DNA of 64,000 bases from Bugula neritina (lineage: Eukaryota; Animalia; Bryozoa), in the NCBI GenBank assembly GCA_964035545.1, contig OZ037771.1, positions 7,349,190-7,413,189 on the forward strand, read 5' to 3'. A program made the position numbers and the translations under genes. The notes under the pieces were generated by a model, which saw nothing but the letters and a program-made list of their open reading frames with translations, was not told the origin of the DNA and did no database searches. This document shows positions 37,301-49,900 of the stretch, piece by piece (position 1 is the first letter of the stretch; the number at the start of each line of letters is the position of its first letter).

Positions 37301-37810
37301 AAAAGTTACCTTTTTCTCCTATATGCAAAATTTCATATAGTTGTGCATTTAAAGAGCTGTAAAATTGTTTAATAATTGTTTCAAAAGTTAGCCAATCAGA
37401 GGTTAGTGTTGCCTATTATGCAATATAATATGATATTGTTTGTTAATATTACAAAAGTTGTTCAGTTGGATATAACGTATTCAAAAGGTTGATATGTTTA
37501 CCTTCAACAGGAAAAAAAATTCTTTATATAAAAATTTTATTTTATAATAAAACACTTTTGTTGTAGATTGATTTTAATGGTTTTTAAACATATTATCATT
37601 ATTAGCTGCAATGTGCTTATGTATTATAAAGCACCTACTAAGGTTTTATTACAATAATAATCAGTGAATAAAAGTAAATTGAAGCTTACGAGTTTTTCTA
37701 TTTATGGGATAGTTCTGGTAAGCATAGTAAATGCCCGAATGTACACCAAATAAGACAATCAGTGCAAATAGGAATCCTGCTGATATCCGTATCCTTTTGT
37801 TTCTGAACAT
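28152..37810 (-). CDS. Type II membrane protein with two WSC-like domains and a CHST-type carbohydrate sulfotransferase domain; final exon not resolved
   Basis: Exon 1 (37690-37810) encodes the TM anchor MFRNKRIRISAGFLFALIVLFGV. WSC-like repeats: CRTKCSVTDFTYATLS|KGSCTC...CNATC and FIGCF...CHSFCKSRNVDYYFL...CYC. 5'-PSB GRYRSGSS and LFEP at 33015-33182; VKTIR; 3'-PB VVHL|VRDPRG (exons 30634-30779 and 29696-29890). Phases are consistent down to 28152. Confidence 0.8.
28571..29485 (-). mobile_element. tRNA-derived SINE split by an inserted MITE
   Basis: SINE 3' part at 28571-28635 and tRNA-like head at 29433-29485; the central SINE segment is missing. Confidence 0.7.
28637..29432. mobile_element. 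Non-autonomous DNA transposon (MITE) with about 36-bp TIRs
   Basis: Left end GGGCTTCACAGACTACAGTCGAAACTCGACTGTGAA; right end reverse complement GGGCTTTACAGATTACAGTCAAAACTCGACTGTGAA; internal tandem duplication at about 29065-29140. Confidence 0.85.
30957..31397. repeat. Compound satellite: (CA)n, (cacagcacacg)n, (AACT)n
   Basis: Directly visible; intronic. Confidence 0.95.
33289..33478 (-). mobile_element. tRNA-derived SINE copy (old)
   Basis: tttatagtc...atggaaagggtttt...caattatgactg...cttaacatc...tagaccacaggtgctccc. Confidence 0.65.
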
Positions 37811-37882
37811 TCTGGAACATATATTCATAGCTCAGAGTACTGGAGTAAATGTCAATAGCCCCGTAGCAAAAACTCACACACA

Positions 37883-38087
37883 TTTATGGTAATTACCATC
37901 CCTGGGAGAAACTCCTGGTAGAAGGGGTTTTGTTAAAGTGGGACTAAGGACTTATTTATATGTGGCACAGGAGCAATTATGGCTGAAGGCTCTTCCTAAC
38001 ATCACCAAAGGTCTTTGCAGGAACTCAAACTCATGACTTTGTGTTTACTAGGCAAACGCTCTAACCCCTAGACCACGGCTGCTCCCT
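37883..38087 (-). mobile_element. tRNA-derived SINE copy
   Basis: Near full-length match to the copies at 11282 and 54957. Confidence 0.85.
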
Positions 38088-38962
38088 AATAGCCCCATGA
38101 TAGGCTAGTCCTTTTGTTAGCATCTACTACGGGCATAACCTTCTCTATTATAAGTAGTTCTTATAAAGAGATGAAAGATCTGCACTTTCTGATCAGCTTG
38201 GGTTTTAACGAAAACTGTGCTTTTACAAATAAGTTATTGCAAATACAACTTTAGGACACCAAATTTGGCTCAAATTGAAAAGTTTAACAATGAAACAATT
38301 AAAATATTAGCATGTTTACTGAAAATATAGATAGTATTTTTGCAGCCGCTAACAAAACCTGACATCTTACGTTTTATGCAGCAAGTAGATAAGGCGAATA
38401 CACTATAAAGTAATTGTGAACAGGTAAAAGCATACCTGAATATGTATAATTTTCTTCTAGTATTGTTTAGAGCTGCTCGGTAGAGTTAATATTATAGATT
38501 CTATGAAGCCATACTCAAAATAAAGTATCGCGAATATTAAGTGAATGTAAAACTTCTCAGTGCATAACTTAAGCTTCAAATAGAGCAGGGGTAAGAACCC
38601 ATCAGTTCATCAGATCATTGATTGAATGAATATAATGGATGAAACTCAATGCTGCATTATTGCTTTCAAAAACTCAAATACCAAAATTACCACTTAAAGC
38701 GTGGGTTTACTATTTCAATAATCATAGGAATAGCAGCCAAGTGTGTAATTTAGCATAGCAATTTAGGCCTATAGGGTAAATGTACTTGTAACTTACTGAA
38801 GGAAGAAATTATAGATATTAAGTAGTATAAATATATAATATTTGGAAATTCATAAAATATAAACTTGAATTGAAACCTTAACATAATATACATATCGAAG
38901 TTGAACTGTTTATCCTATTGTTTCTTCGTCAAAAATGTATTATATCAAAAAAATCATAAAAT

Positions 38963-39174
<212 letters not shown>

Positions 39175-39176
<2 letters not shown>

Positions 39177-40260
39177 CATCAACAAGAAAATCATCAACAT
39201 CTTAGATATCACCCTCAATTTCGTTGATGCTACTCACAAACCATTCAATAAACCTGGCAACACCCCCTATCTACATTCATCATAACAGCAACCACCCCCC
39301 CCTCCCATCTATCATTAAAAACATCCCAAATCCATCAACAAAAGACTCTCCATGCTCTCATCTAATAAAGAGAACTTCAATAGTGAAGCACACATCTACC
39401 AAAACGCCCTAAAAAAAGTGGGCACAATTTTGCATTACAATATGAGAAGCAACCAACACGCTGTAAAAAAGTTAAAAGGAGGAACATCATATGGTTCAAT
39501 TCCTCAACATAATAGCCAAAGTGTTCCACCCAAAGCACCCCCTAAGAAAAATATTCAATAGAAATACCCTAAAACTGAGCTATTCTTGCATATACCCAAC
39601 ATAATGTGCAAGAGAGAACAAAAGAAAATTGGCTAGCCAAATGACAAGCTCCCTGGCAACCAACAGCAAAACCTGCAACTGCGAAAGGAAATCAAACTGC
39701 CCATGGAATGGCAAGTGCTTACTCTCCAATATCATCTACCAGGCCACCATAACATCACCAAACAGCTCCAACACTTACATCGGATTATGTGAAACTGACT
39801 TTAAAAAGCGTCTATACAACCATACCTGCTGTTTTAAACACAGAAGATACAAAAATGCAACAGAGTTAAGCAAGCGCGTATGGTACTTGGAAGACAAAGG
39901 CACCAACCATAAGATCAAATAGAAGATCATTAGCCATGCACCCGAAATATAATATGAAATCAAAGCATTGCAAGCAATGCATTTTAGAGAAATTTTATAT
40001 TATATGTAAACCCAGCTTAAGCACTTTAAATAAAAGATCTGAGCTAACGTTGACTTGCAGGCATAGCTCTAGATTTTACTTGAATCGTTTTTATTACATG
40101 AGCTTTGTTTTATGATAATGCCTATTGCACTTTTAATACTTAAGCTATATTTTAAATCCATATTTTTTACGTTATACATTTTATTACTGTCGTTTCATGC
40201 TACGAAACAAATTTGTAGGTGATAATTGATTTTAAAATAAAGATCTTAGTCAATTTTAAC
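39175..40260 (+). mobile_element. 5'-truncated, frameshifted Penelope-like retroelement (RT thumb, linker, GIY-YIG endonuclease)
   Basis: LDITLN...[35 protein letters not shown]...CPWNGKC, IIYQATI...TYIGLCETDFKKRLYNH, TELSK, C..CILEK, LNKRSEL..CRH; contains stops and frameshifts. Confidence 0.93.
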
Positions 40261-40611
40261 CTATAAAATTACAGTATATATATAAATATATATATTATAT
40301 ATATAGCGATGCTTCGTTCCTATTGGCCCATGTCTTTTGGTCCTGTTGTGGATATTGCTTCCCGCAGTGGGACCGGTATTCTGTTGCAGAGAGGGTGTGA
40401 AATCCTGCTCATCATCTGTATAATTAGTCAGTGCACACGTGTGCGTATCTTGAGTTATGGTATAAAAATGGAATCAGTCTAGCTTCACGTAGTTGCTGCG
40501 AGTTTCCAGCCGAGGAGTAGCTAATGTAACTGACATGCACGATAAACATGATAAACTGTTGGGAAGTAGCATGATGTATGCCTGCACGTCCACTACAATA
40601 TCAAACTCTTA

Positions 40612-40954
40612 GCCTAGGGCCACACGGTGCGTATTTTCGCATGCGAAAATTGAAATCACAAGTAGCAAAGGTGTCCACTGTGCACGTTGAGAAAACATTC
40701 ACACTTGTCGCTCTGCATTTTCAACGCAAGTGCGATCGTCTCTGTCGTCGTCACCTAATTGGCTGGTAGTTATTTAGCGAGCCCAATTTCTTTATTTTAG
40801 TGCTACATTTCAGTAAATTGCGTTTTATTGAACGCGAGTGCGATTTAAAAATGAAAGCTTTATTTATCACGCATCACTGACGCTACAGTGGACGCCTTTG
40901 CTACTTGCGATTTCAATTTTCGCATGCGAAAATACGCACCGTCTGGCCCTAGGC
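40612..40954. mobile_element. MITE, PIF/Harbinger (Tourist)-like
   Basis: About 70-bp near-perfect TIRs starting GCCTAGGGCCACACGGTGCGTATTTTCGCATGCGAAAATTGAAATC; TTA direct repeat on both flanks. Confidence 0.9.
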
Positions 40955-42599
40955 TTACTCGGTGGCTATCACTGTTTTTTTATACACCTATGCCCACTAA
41001 TGTCTATATATATATGAATATAGAAAAATAGGGATAGAAGAAACACATGCTACATTTACTGGGTTAGGTTGAGCATCAATATGGTGCTATTGACTCGGTC
41101 TGCACCAAGATCTGTAATATTTGCAATATATACATATGCAACTTTAAACATCTCATTTGTCATGGAGTCTAGAGTAACTTTCAAAACTGTTTCACCTATC
41201 TCATATTTTTCATTATTTCTATCACGATCTGCTTTAAAGAGTCATTTAGCTCTGTGAACATTACAATTCAGCTAAAAGAATATTGCTTATTAGTTTGATG
41301 GAATCACTAACCACAGCAACATGAACATAGCAATGGTTGCTTGCAAGCCTAATATAGAAGCTTTCACCATTTTGATTGTATAGCTCAATTTTAACAATTG
41401 TGTCAAAATTAGCTTTTTATATTATATGCATATTTTTACTGCGACGTTGTCTAGCATGTTAAATTAATATTTCCACAAAAGCCACTTCGCACTGATAACT
41501 TCATTTACATGGGCATCCCATATTGTCCTATATTTACATATCCGTTGAAAATGGTTTTGCCCTACGATATGGGAGGAGATAACAAACTAAAAAGTCAAAT
41601 AATTACTTTGCATATATTCATTGAGAATTCAAACTTTGTACACCATCATCAACATAGAAGTTATTGATTATAAAATCTTTAGCTCTTGTGCTGTGCCCAA
41701 TACATATGTTGTGGTGGGTTTTACTGATTTTGAGTATTGTAAATTCACCTAGTAATATATATAATGTTGCCTTGGGGTGAGCTCGGGGTCGGTGTGCAGT
41801 TACGGGTTAATAGCTTGGCTGCGAGGTAACTCCAGCTCCTGTCCATCTGGTAGGGGTGAAGTTGAGACTCCGGGTTAGAGTAGTTGGCTGGTGGTGCTCC
41901 TCAGTCTATGGTCCTGGGTCAGCACTCACTGACGTACTCTAACACATTCTAATTGGGTCGCATACATTCTATACAAATATCCTCAATTGTTCCTCAATCA
42001 GTCTCAAGTCTCTCAATTCTCCCATTTGCACTAGGTTATATAGCTACAACACTCACACAAGCCGCACCCACGCTATAAGTAATATTAATGTCAAACTTAG
42101 AGTTGTGCACCTCACACACATGCAACAACAAGAGATGACAACTACACATATTTATAATACTTATAAATCCAGATATAACACATAATTATTTGCATCCAAT
42201 GAATTCAATAATAATATTCTAGTTCAGTGTTTGCGTCATCATCGACTATTATTACCTGCGTTCTCCTAATATAAAGCCAACAGTTTATTGCTTTAGAATA
42301 CAATTTTTTTGCTAACAATGACTAATATATTTCTAATTTTTTTATAATAAATAAAATGAATTTTTTTGTTTTTGACCGTCTGTTGTGCGCATATTAAAAT
42401 GTGTCTCTTAATTTCCGGTTGAAAAAAATTATATACCGAGCGAAATTTAAAATTACAGTTCAATATCACTACTAGTACAGAGCATAAGTATTAAATATGA
42501 ATATTAGTATGTGCAGCACTCCAATTTTTAAGATAGCGCACAATTTCTAAGCAAAATTTAGGTTTGCTTGTGAGAGCAAGTAAAGTTTTTCTCAAACAA

Positions 42600-43500
42600 A
42601 AGTTTTACTGGTTTCTTTCTCATCTACTAGTACTAGTAGTAGTAGAGTACTACTACTACTACTACTAGTAGTACTAGTACTAGTAGTAGTACTTCTTCTA
42701 CTTCTAGAACCAAACTCAAAAGTCAAGGGGAAAGCAGTAGGTTTGGGAGTGTCAATCACAATCACTAACAATGTGAATGTCATTGAATTTGACGGTTGAT
42801 TCTGAATTTGATTTCGAAATGAAACAACTATTTTGTTTTGAGGTTTATATTTTAATTTAAAATATTAAATAATGTATCGTGAAATTGTTAGCATTATCAT
42901 TATGATTATCATATTGATTATCATTATGATATTCATATTTATATAGTTATACTTACAGCTATACTCATATTGATTATAATAATAATTAGTATTATTTAAT
43001 TTATTAGTAGGGTTAATACTTATTACTAATACTAATAGTAATAGTAAATGTAATAGTAATAGCGATTTCAATATCAACTAAATCAAGCATCAATCAAAAT
43101 GCCGATACGAGGTTAGAATTAAAATACTCATAGCTAATGTTTAATTATGTTTATGTTGTCAAATATTAAAAATATAGTAATACTATTGTTGATAATTATA
43201 ACTATGATATCTATATAAATATTAAATACTTGCATTATTTATAGTAATAGTAATATTATTATGATAATTACTCACTAATTTTGTTACTGCATCAGCATTA
43301 TTGTTACTATTAAGTATTAGCCATTAGATTTTTAGACTTAATAATAGTAGGCCTAATACTAATAGTAATATACATATACTTATACTTATAGTAATAATGA
43401 AGTTTTAATAATACTAATATAAAAATGGTATATGGATATCAGTATCACTATAGCAATGTGATTACTGTGACCATGACAATAGCTATAAATATATAGATTC
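42600..43500. repeat. (AGT/ACT)n plus a degenerate 3/6-nt-periodic low-complexity tract
   Basis: Same texture as 9740-10640. Confidence 0.6.
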
Positions 43501-43999
43501 ACGACACAGTATATATGTTACAGCAAAGTTTGTTTGCTATGACAGTTTTATTGAAAGTCACAATCAAAATTGTTTACTATATTTTTGGTTTCATACCAGA
43601 TAGACGCTCTTCTGTTAAAGCTTCCCAGACCCCAAACCCCACATAAAATACGTATATTGTACCCAAATAAGGATTTAGCCATGTCGGAAGCGTCTAAGTA
43701 GGAAACTTAGCATCTAGCTGGAAAGCTTCTACTGGAACGACACTACATTTTGTATTTTTTAAATAATTCATTGGGAAGGAGTATGATAGAATCAGCATGT
43801 CAATTATTATATATAAATAGTTTACCAAAGGTAATATAAATAAATATGAGGAATAATTATATGTTTAATAACTATTCAGCTTTAATTGTACTTAGCATCG
43901 TCATAATGCACGTGGTAGGTTTGCTAAATAATGAATAATGGGAGCTAAGTGAGCAAGTTAACAGTAATGTAAAACTTTTTAATTCAACAGTTAGTAACA

Positions 44000-46900
44000 A
44001 TGAGCAGCTCTTATACACTGGAGTCTCTAAAACAGGCCAATGATTGGCTAACACGGCGGTTGCAGCTTACAGAGGAGCAAGTTAGAGAAGGGGAAGATGT
44101 CAACACAGCTTTAACAGAGGAAAATCGCCTTCTTAAAACAGTAAATTGAGTTAATTTTGTTCTAAAGTTTCAAGTTATTTTCTAATTTGTATTGATAGAA
44201 ACAGTCTCACCATTCTGTAAAAATGCCCATTTTCGGTGTCAAACCTTTATGCTATTATCAATTCGTTGTCACCAAAACCTAGTATCGATTCTAAACAAAG
44301 AATTAGTTTTTGCTGTTAATGAGGCCGTGGCTCTCTCTAGTTTCATAGAATACTTGGAATATTGGCATTTTCTGTTCAGAAAGTTGATTTGATTTCATTA
44401 GCTGATTAATTCCATACAGTATTTCAATAATACAATTTATTTGTTTTAAGAAAAGCTTTTGTGTTCTGTGATTTAAAGGCTAAAGCAAGTCTGAGTTCAA
44501 GGCTAGAAGAGCTGTGCAGTGAGCTAGATCACCTGCGCCAGTGTGTGCAAGACTACAGCTTTGAGAAGCAGAATCTGCAGAGTAAGGTTGGCGTTCTGGA
44601 ACAGAAAGTAGTCGGTTATGAGGATGACGAAAGAACTGCTAAGCTGATGTTCGAAGAGCTGAAAGCTGAAGTTAGTTACATGCTCTCCTTATATATGAGT
44701 AATTTTACTTAATTTAGTACACATTCGAAATTTTCAAATTTTAGTTATATTTCATAATTTAGGTGCTAATGTATATGGAAATTTGCCCAAAACTAACAAA
44801 ATATCAATAAATAACACCAACTAATCAAGGTTCTTTTTAGTTTTAGTTTCTCATGACGGCCCGCAAGTCTGAATTAACTGAATAATTATAAAAAACAGAG
44901 GAAATCAAGCAAAATTAAATAGAAGTTTGATTATTTAGTTGTCTATTGATTGTGGAAAATAGCTAAAAACTGGAGATTTCAAGTGTGTACTAAATTAAGT
45001 AAAATGGCCCATATATACTACACTGATAGATAAAGGTTATTTACGTAGATTACAATTGATGCTATCAAATGCTGTATTTAACGTTTTCATGTGTAATTGC
45101 ACTCAAGCTTATCGGGGTTTCATCTGCAGTGCGTCTTGTGAATACTATATCTCGTGTTGAAGACTCAGGGCAAACAAATGTTTTATTATTTTTGTAGATG
45201 GAAGAAGCTCAAGCTGTAATCTACAGAAGCAACAAAAAAATTGAGGACATGAAAGAGTGTATAATTACGCTGGAAGAAGCCAACAGCCAGCTAGTTTCCG
45301 AGGCTACTGAAAAGGAAATGGCCAATACCAAGGTGAATAACAGGGTGGTTAATTTTGCCACTGCATTTGTGAGTGGCCAGAAAAGTATTTTACTTCCTAG
45401 AGATATATCTTGTACTCCTAGTTGTCAAAATGAAAATGCAGTGCATAAAATGCTGCGTGTTACATAATCTCATTGATATGAATTACTTTTTATCCTATTG
45501 CATATTTCTGATATTTTGGACTGAAATATGACTCACTTACCTACAGTGTTATTAATCTTTTCAACTACTCCAGTTTGTCTCTTTTTGCAACATCTTGTTT
45601 ATTATTTTGAAGGAGGTGACGGATAAAAATGCCACCATACAAGAGATGCAAAGAAAACTCAATGATCTGGAATCGTCTTCAATGTATGTACTTTACCAGC
45701 TATGTGTGTCCCCGTTCTATATATTCAGAAACTCTGCTTTTTACTAATACATGGCATATATTTATGCTTTCAGTATTCCAATTCCATGCCTGATTTTACA
45801 GCAATCTTCGGTGTAGTGTGAAAGAAGAAAGTTTTGATTTGATAGATGAGAATGGTGTGGAGCACTCATCACCTGGCTCACCAGCTAAGAATTCGGAGGA
45901 TTACATGAAACTGCAGTTGGCAGAGAAAGATAACTCCATAGAAGGTTATTTATAAATAAATGTGTGCTATAGTGCAGTCTGTCAGCTGTATAGTATCATA
46001 TTTATTGCCTGAAGAGTTCAGTTCTTGTCTCATGTTTTTCTCTTAGTTTGAAAGACTATCTCGTGGTTGTGTTCTCGTTTTAGAAAGTTGTTTGTCATGC
46101 GTAAAGGAGTGTGTGTACTGAGTCTAATGTTGCCCGTTTCTAAAGTCTGCTCGACTCATCTATCCATGGTTTATTTTAAATTGTGCTATTATATTAATTC
46201 TAATTAGTCATGTACAGTTGGAGCATATTCTTACTGATAATGTGTCACTAGGAGTCACGTCTGGTATTGCTTGCAGAGCTGGAGAGACGTCTGGAGAGTG
46301 TTCAGGTAGCCAATGAGATCTATCAAGACCAAGTGAACGAGCTGAAGTCTAAACTAGATGGAGTTTCAGAGAGCGTTGGTTCAGGTAAGTTCTTGTATAC
46401 ACTTTTCTGGATACTCGTATGGTAGCTGAGATTAGCATTTGATTACAGATTCTCTACCACCCAGCACTCTCTGTATCATTCGAGAGTTATACTTAATCTA
46501 AGTAGCATACAAAGGGCTGAAAATAAGAGGAAGTTATGTTAGGTGATGCTTTTTCAACATTGCTGTTTTCCTACATGTAGAATATATATTCATAATGCAC
46601 AAAGTGCTATGCAATTTGGTGCCAACGCATTTTAAGCCATTTTAATACAATAGCATGCTCAATGTGCATCTGTAAAACACTATTATACTAAAATAGAATA
46701 AATCTGAGATCTATGGAAAACAGTGAAACTGAAGTTTTACTTTATATCTAAAGCAACTTCTTGTATTGAATTCCAAGTGTCTTCTGGTAGGTGATATACA
46801 CATAAAGGTCAAGAACGTCAGCGCCTTTGCTGGTACGCCTGAAGAACAACTCTCCGATGACGAGAGAGAACTGTATTCAGCTGTTGATGATTTACTGACA

Positions 46901-49900
46901 AAGTGCCGCATGTCAGGTGGAAGTGGTGATAGCCCAGCCATGGACCACATTCCGCCCAACGTCTTTTCAGTAATTCACTTATTTCCCAATAAATCAAGTT
47001 TTTATAGCACCTTAAAGCACATTTCACTTTTTTGTTCTTGGTTGCTGTAGTTGGTGTGCACATGTATTTGCCCAGTACCATGTTGTTTTAATAAAACTGT
47101 TGTTATATGAGGTGAGAGTTACCAAGAATTATTTTCGTTTCTTTGTTAGTTCTCGGAATACTCTGCACAGACGTTGAATGCTTCTTCTAAGGTGAGGAAT
47201 CTGCACCACCGTGATGTTGCCGCTGTCTCTATGACCGACTCAAGTACACAGTGCAGTGGTTATGATCTACCAAAACCTTCTGTCAGCCATGCCAGCAGTC
47301 AGTATGACGTAGTTTTACTCCACAATCAGAGTGTCCAAGTGTCAACTAATCTAGTGTCAGTTGAAGTTCAGGCTTCCCCTGCCGGTTGCAAGTGCTCCAC
47401 AGTAAGTTCTGACTCTGTTAATGCCGCTTGTCATACACAGGGTGCTTTAGACTCTCATGTCACAAAATGTGATGCTGGATGTCAGATCACACAAGGTGCT
47501 ACAGAGTGCCAGACCACACAAGGTGCCACAGAGTGCCAGACCACACAAGGTGCCACAGAGTGCCAGACCACACAAGGTGCTACAGATTGCCAGACCACAC
47601 AAGGTGCTACAGATTGCCAGACCACACAAGGTGCCACAGATTGCCAGGCCACACAAGGTGCTAGAGGTTGTAATGAAATTGAAGGTAATAGTCAAGATTT
47701 AGAACACTTCAAACATACTCCAATTTCAGACAGTTCCCTTGAGCAGCTTTGTCAGCTGCGAGATGTGAAAGATTCACCTTTGCGAGCTGATGCAGAAATC
47801 CTTCAGGGTAGCCATTTGTTAGATAAGTAAGTTGTCTTCTCATGTTTAGAATATAAGCAGCTGTGTGTCTAAATTCTGTGTTGTTCTGTCTGCTTTTCTG
47901 GTGGCAGTTGCTAGAATACTATTTTTCAGAAATTTGGAGCTCCAAGATTACTTTATACAATCACCTCTGCCTTGTGTTGGGGCCGAGGAGAACCACAATG
48001 TGACATGTAGTGTGTGCAAGTCAAGAACTGTCTTAGTCCCAGGTATGCTGCTGACAACCGCTTCATAGAGGTTGTGAGGATGTTTATGGTGTTATGCGCT
48101 GTTCATAGGAAATGTGTGCGGTTTTTTCCTTAAAAGACTTCGTTTTACATCATTTTCAGTCATTGTAGTCAAACGTGTTCGTTTTTATTTTTCAAAACTT
48201 GCTCAGTTTTAAAAATGTTTTCAAATAATGCTGTAGCAAGCTCTGCGTTTAGCATTGTGTCATGGCTTGCATTATGAAACTTGTTTCTTGATCTGGCGAT
48301 AGTCTTTAGCAGGTCAAATATATTTCAGAACTAAAAATTTTTTGGTGGCACAGTCGCAAAGTGACACTTGTCGCAAGGTGACACAGTCGCGAAGTGACAT
48401 CAATCGCAAGTGTGAGTGCTCACAATTTCAAAACTGCCAAACTTCTAGACTGCAATTCTTTGGTTTGAGTAAACTAATAACTACTTCCTTACCGGTCACT
48501 TAGGAAGAGCTTTTTATGGCTCTTGGGGGTTCCTTAGGGTTTTAGATGTATTTCAGCAATATTTAGAATGTATATTCTATAACTAATCTTTAGTGGCTGA
48601 TGTGGCCACACAGACAGATGTACAGAGTTGTGATGGTATGGCCTTGGAAGTTATCCTCTCAGACCTACAGGTGTCAGTAAGTAACATCACACATATATTG
48701 CGTTGTTAGTCCCGCCCCCTGTTTACATTACATTTGAATTTAGGTTTTGATTGGCACTATTCAGCATTTAATAATTTAATAAGAACATTGAGTCATACAC
48801 TGATTGAATCTATGTTGGTCTAATTTAGAATGAATCGAAAGAATAAACGTTGCCTTTTACTATGTTAAAGCATAGAAATTAATAAAAAGAAAATAAAACT
48901 GGAGCTTGAAGGGCATGAATGTCTAATGAGGAGTTCAGAATTTCACTCAATCTTGAAAATGTTAATTCTCTAATATGGGAACTGCAACAGCACCATTATT
49001 AAGGGGAGACAAACAAAATTACTTCACATTCTGAAGGCTGTTAGACATTTTGCCAGATTTAACAAACTAGGAGTTGTGCCCCCCAAATCTAAGCTACAAG
49101 CAAGTGTTATGGTAGAGCCTTTGGTGCTGTTCCACAGTATAGAAATTGCCAAGTTGGACTCAGTATGTTGAAACAGCATCAATATCTTAGAACTTGGTAA
49201 AAGTAATATTATCCGCTATTCTGTGGAAAATAACTCCTGTAGCTCCTGATCATGAGATCAAATGACTACCTACGTAGTAAAATATGGCTAAACGATTTTA
49301 TCATATTGTACACTGACAATGGCTGTTCTATTTTACAACCAAAGTTTGATCTAGTGAATTTGATTGGTTGATGTATGTTATTGACTGTTTGGTAGCTGGA
49401 AAACACCTCCCATGCTCTCAGTACATATAGCTCTGCTATGAGCTTTACTTCCAAAGCAAGTCTAGTAAAGGAGAAGATAACTTCAGATGATGAACTCTTT
49501 GGAAATAAATTGCATAAATCTGGTAAGTATATGTTTAAAGCAACTGTTCACTTTTTATATACCAGCTAAGCATCATAATATAGATTATTGTATTTTTTAC
49601 CTGTAATATCTTGCATTGTATTGTAGACGGAGTTGTCTGCCCTGACACTCAGCTCATTCCTACCTTTTTGTCTACTACATCGAGTCAGAAAGGCACTCAG
49701 GCTACACTTTATGATGTAAGAGTATTCTTTCGACCACTAACTCGTTATAGATAGTCAATACTAGTGAAACTGAGTATAGAGTTGTTAGTGAAACTGAGTA
49801 TAGAGTCACTAGTGAAACTGAGTGTAGAGTTGTTAGTGAAACTGAGTATAGAGTCACTAGTGAAACTGAGTGTAGAGTTGTTAGTGAAAATGAGTATAGA

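Noticed and set aside
40305-40420. Exon-like minus-strand stretch (DDEQDFTPSLQQNTG...) after an AG acceptor
   Set aside because: I could not identify partner exons or homology.
41770-41940. GC-rich patch containing CTGAGGAG on the minus strand (possible hammerhead or exon)
   Set aside because: There is no matching GAAA core, no recognisable protein motif and no second copy in the window.
48348-48412. Four short repeats of acagtcgcaaagtgac
   Set aside because: Possibly transposon subterminal repeats, but no opposite end or TSD was found.
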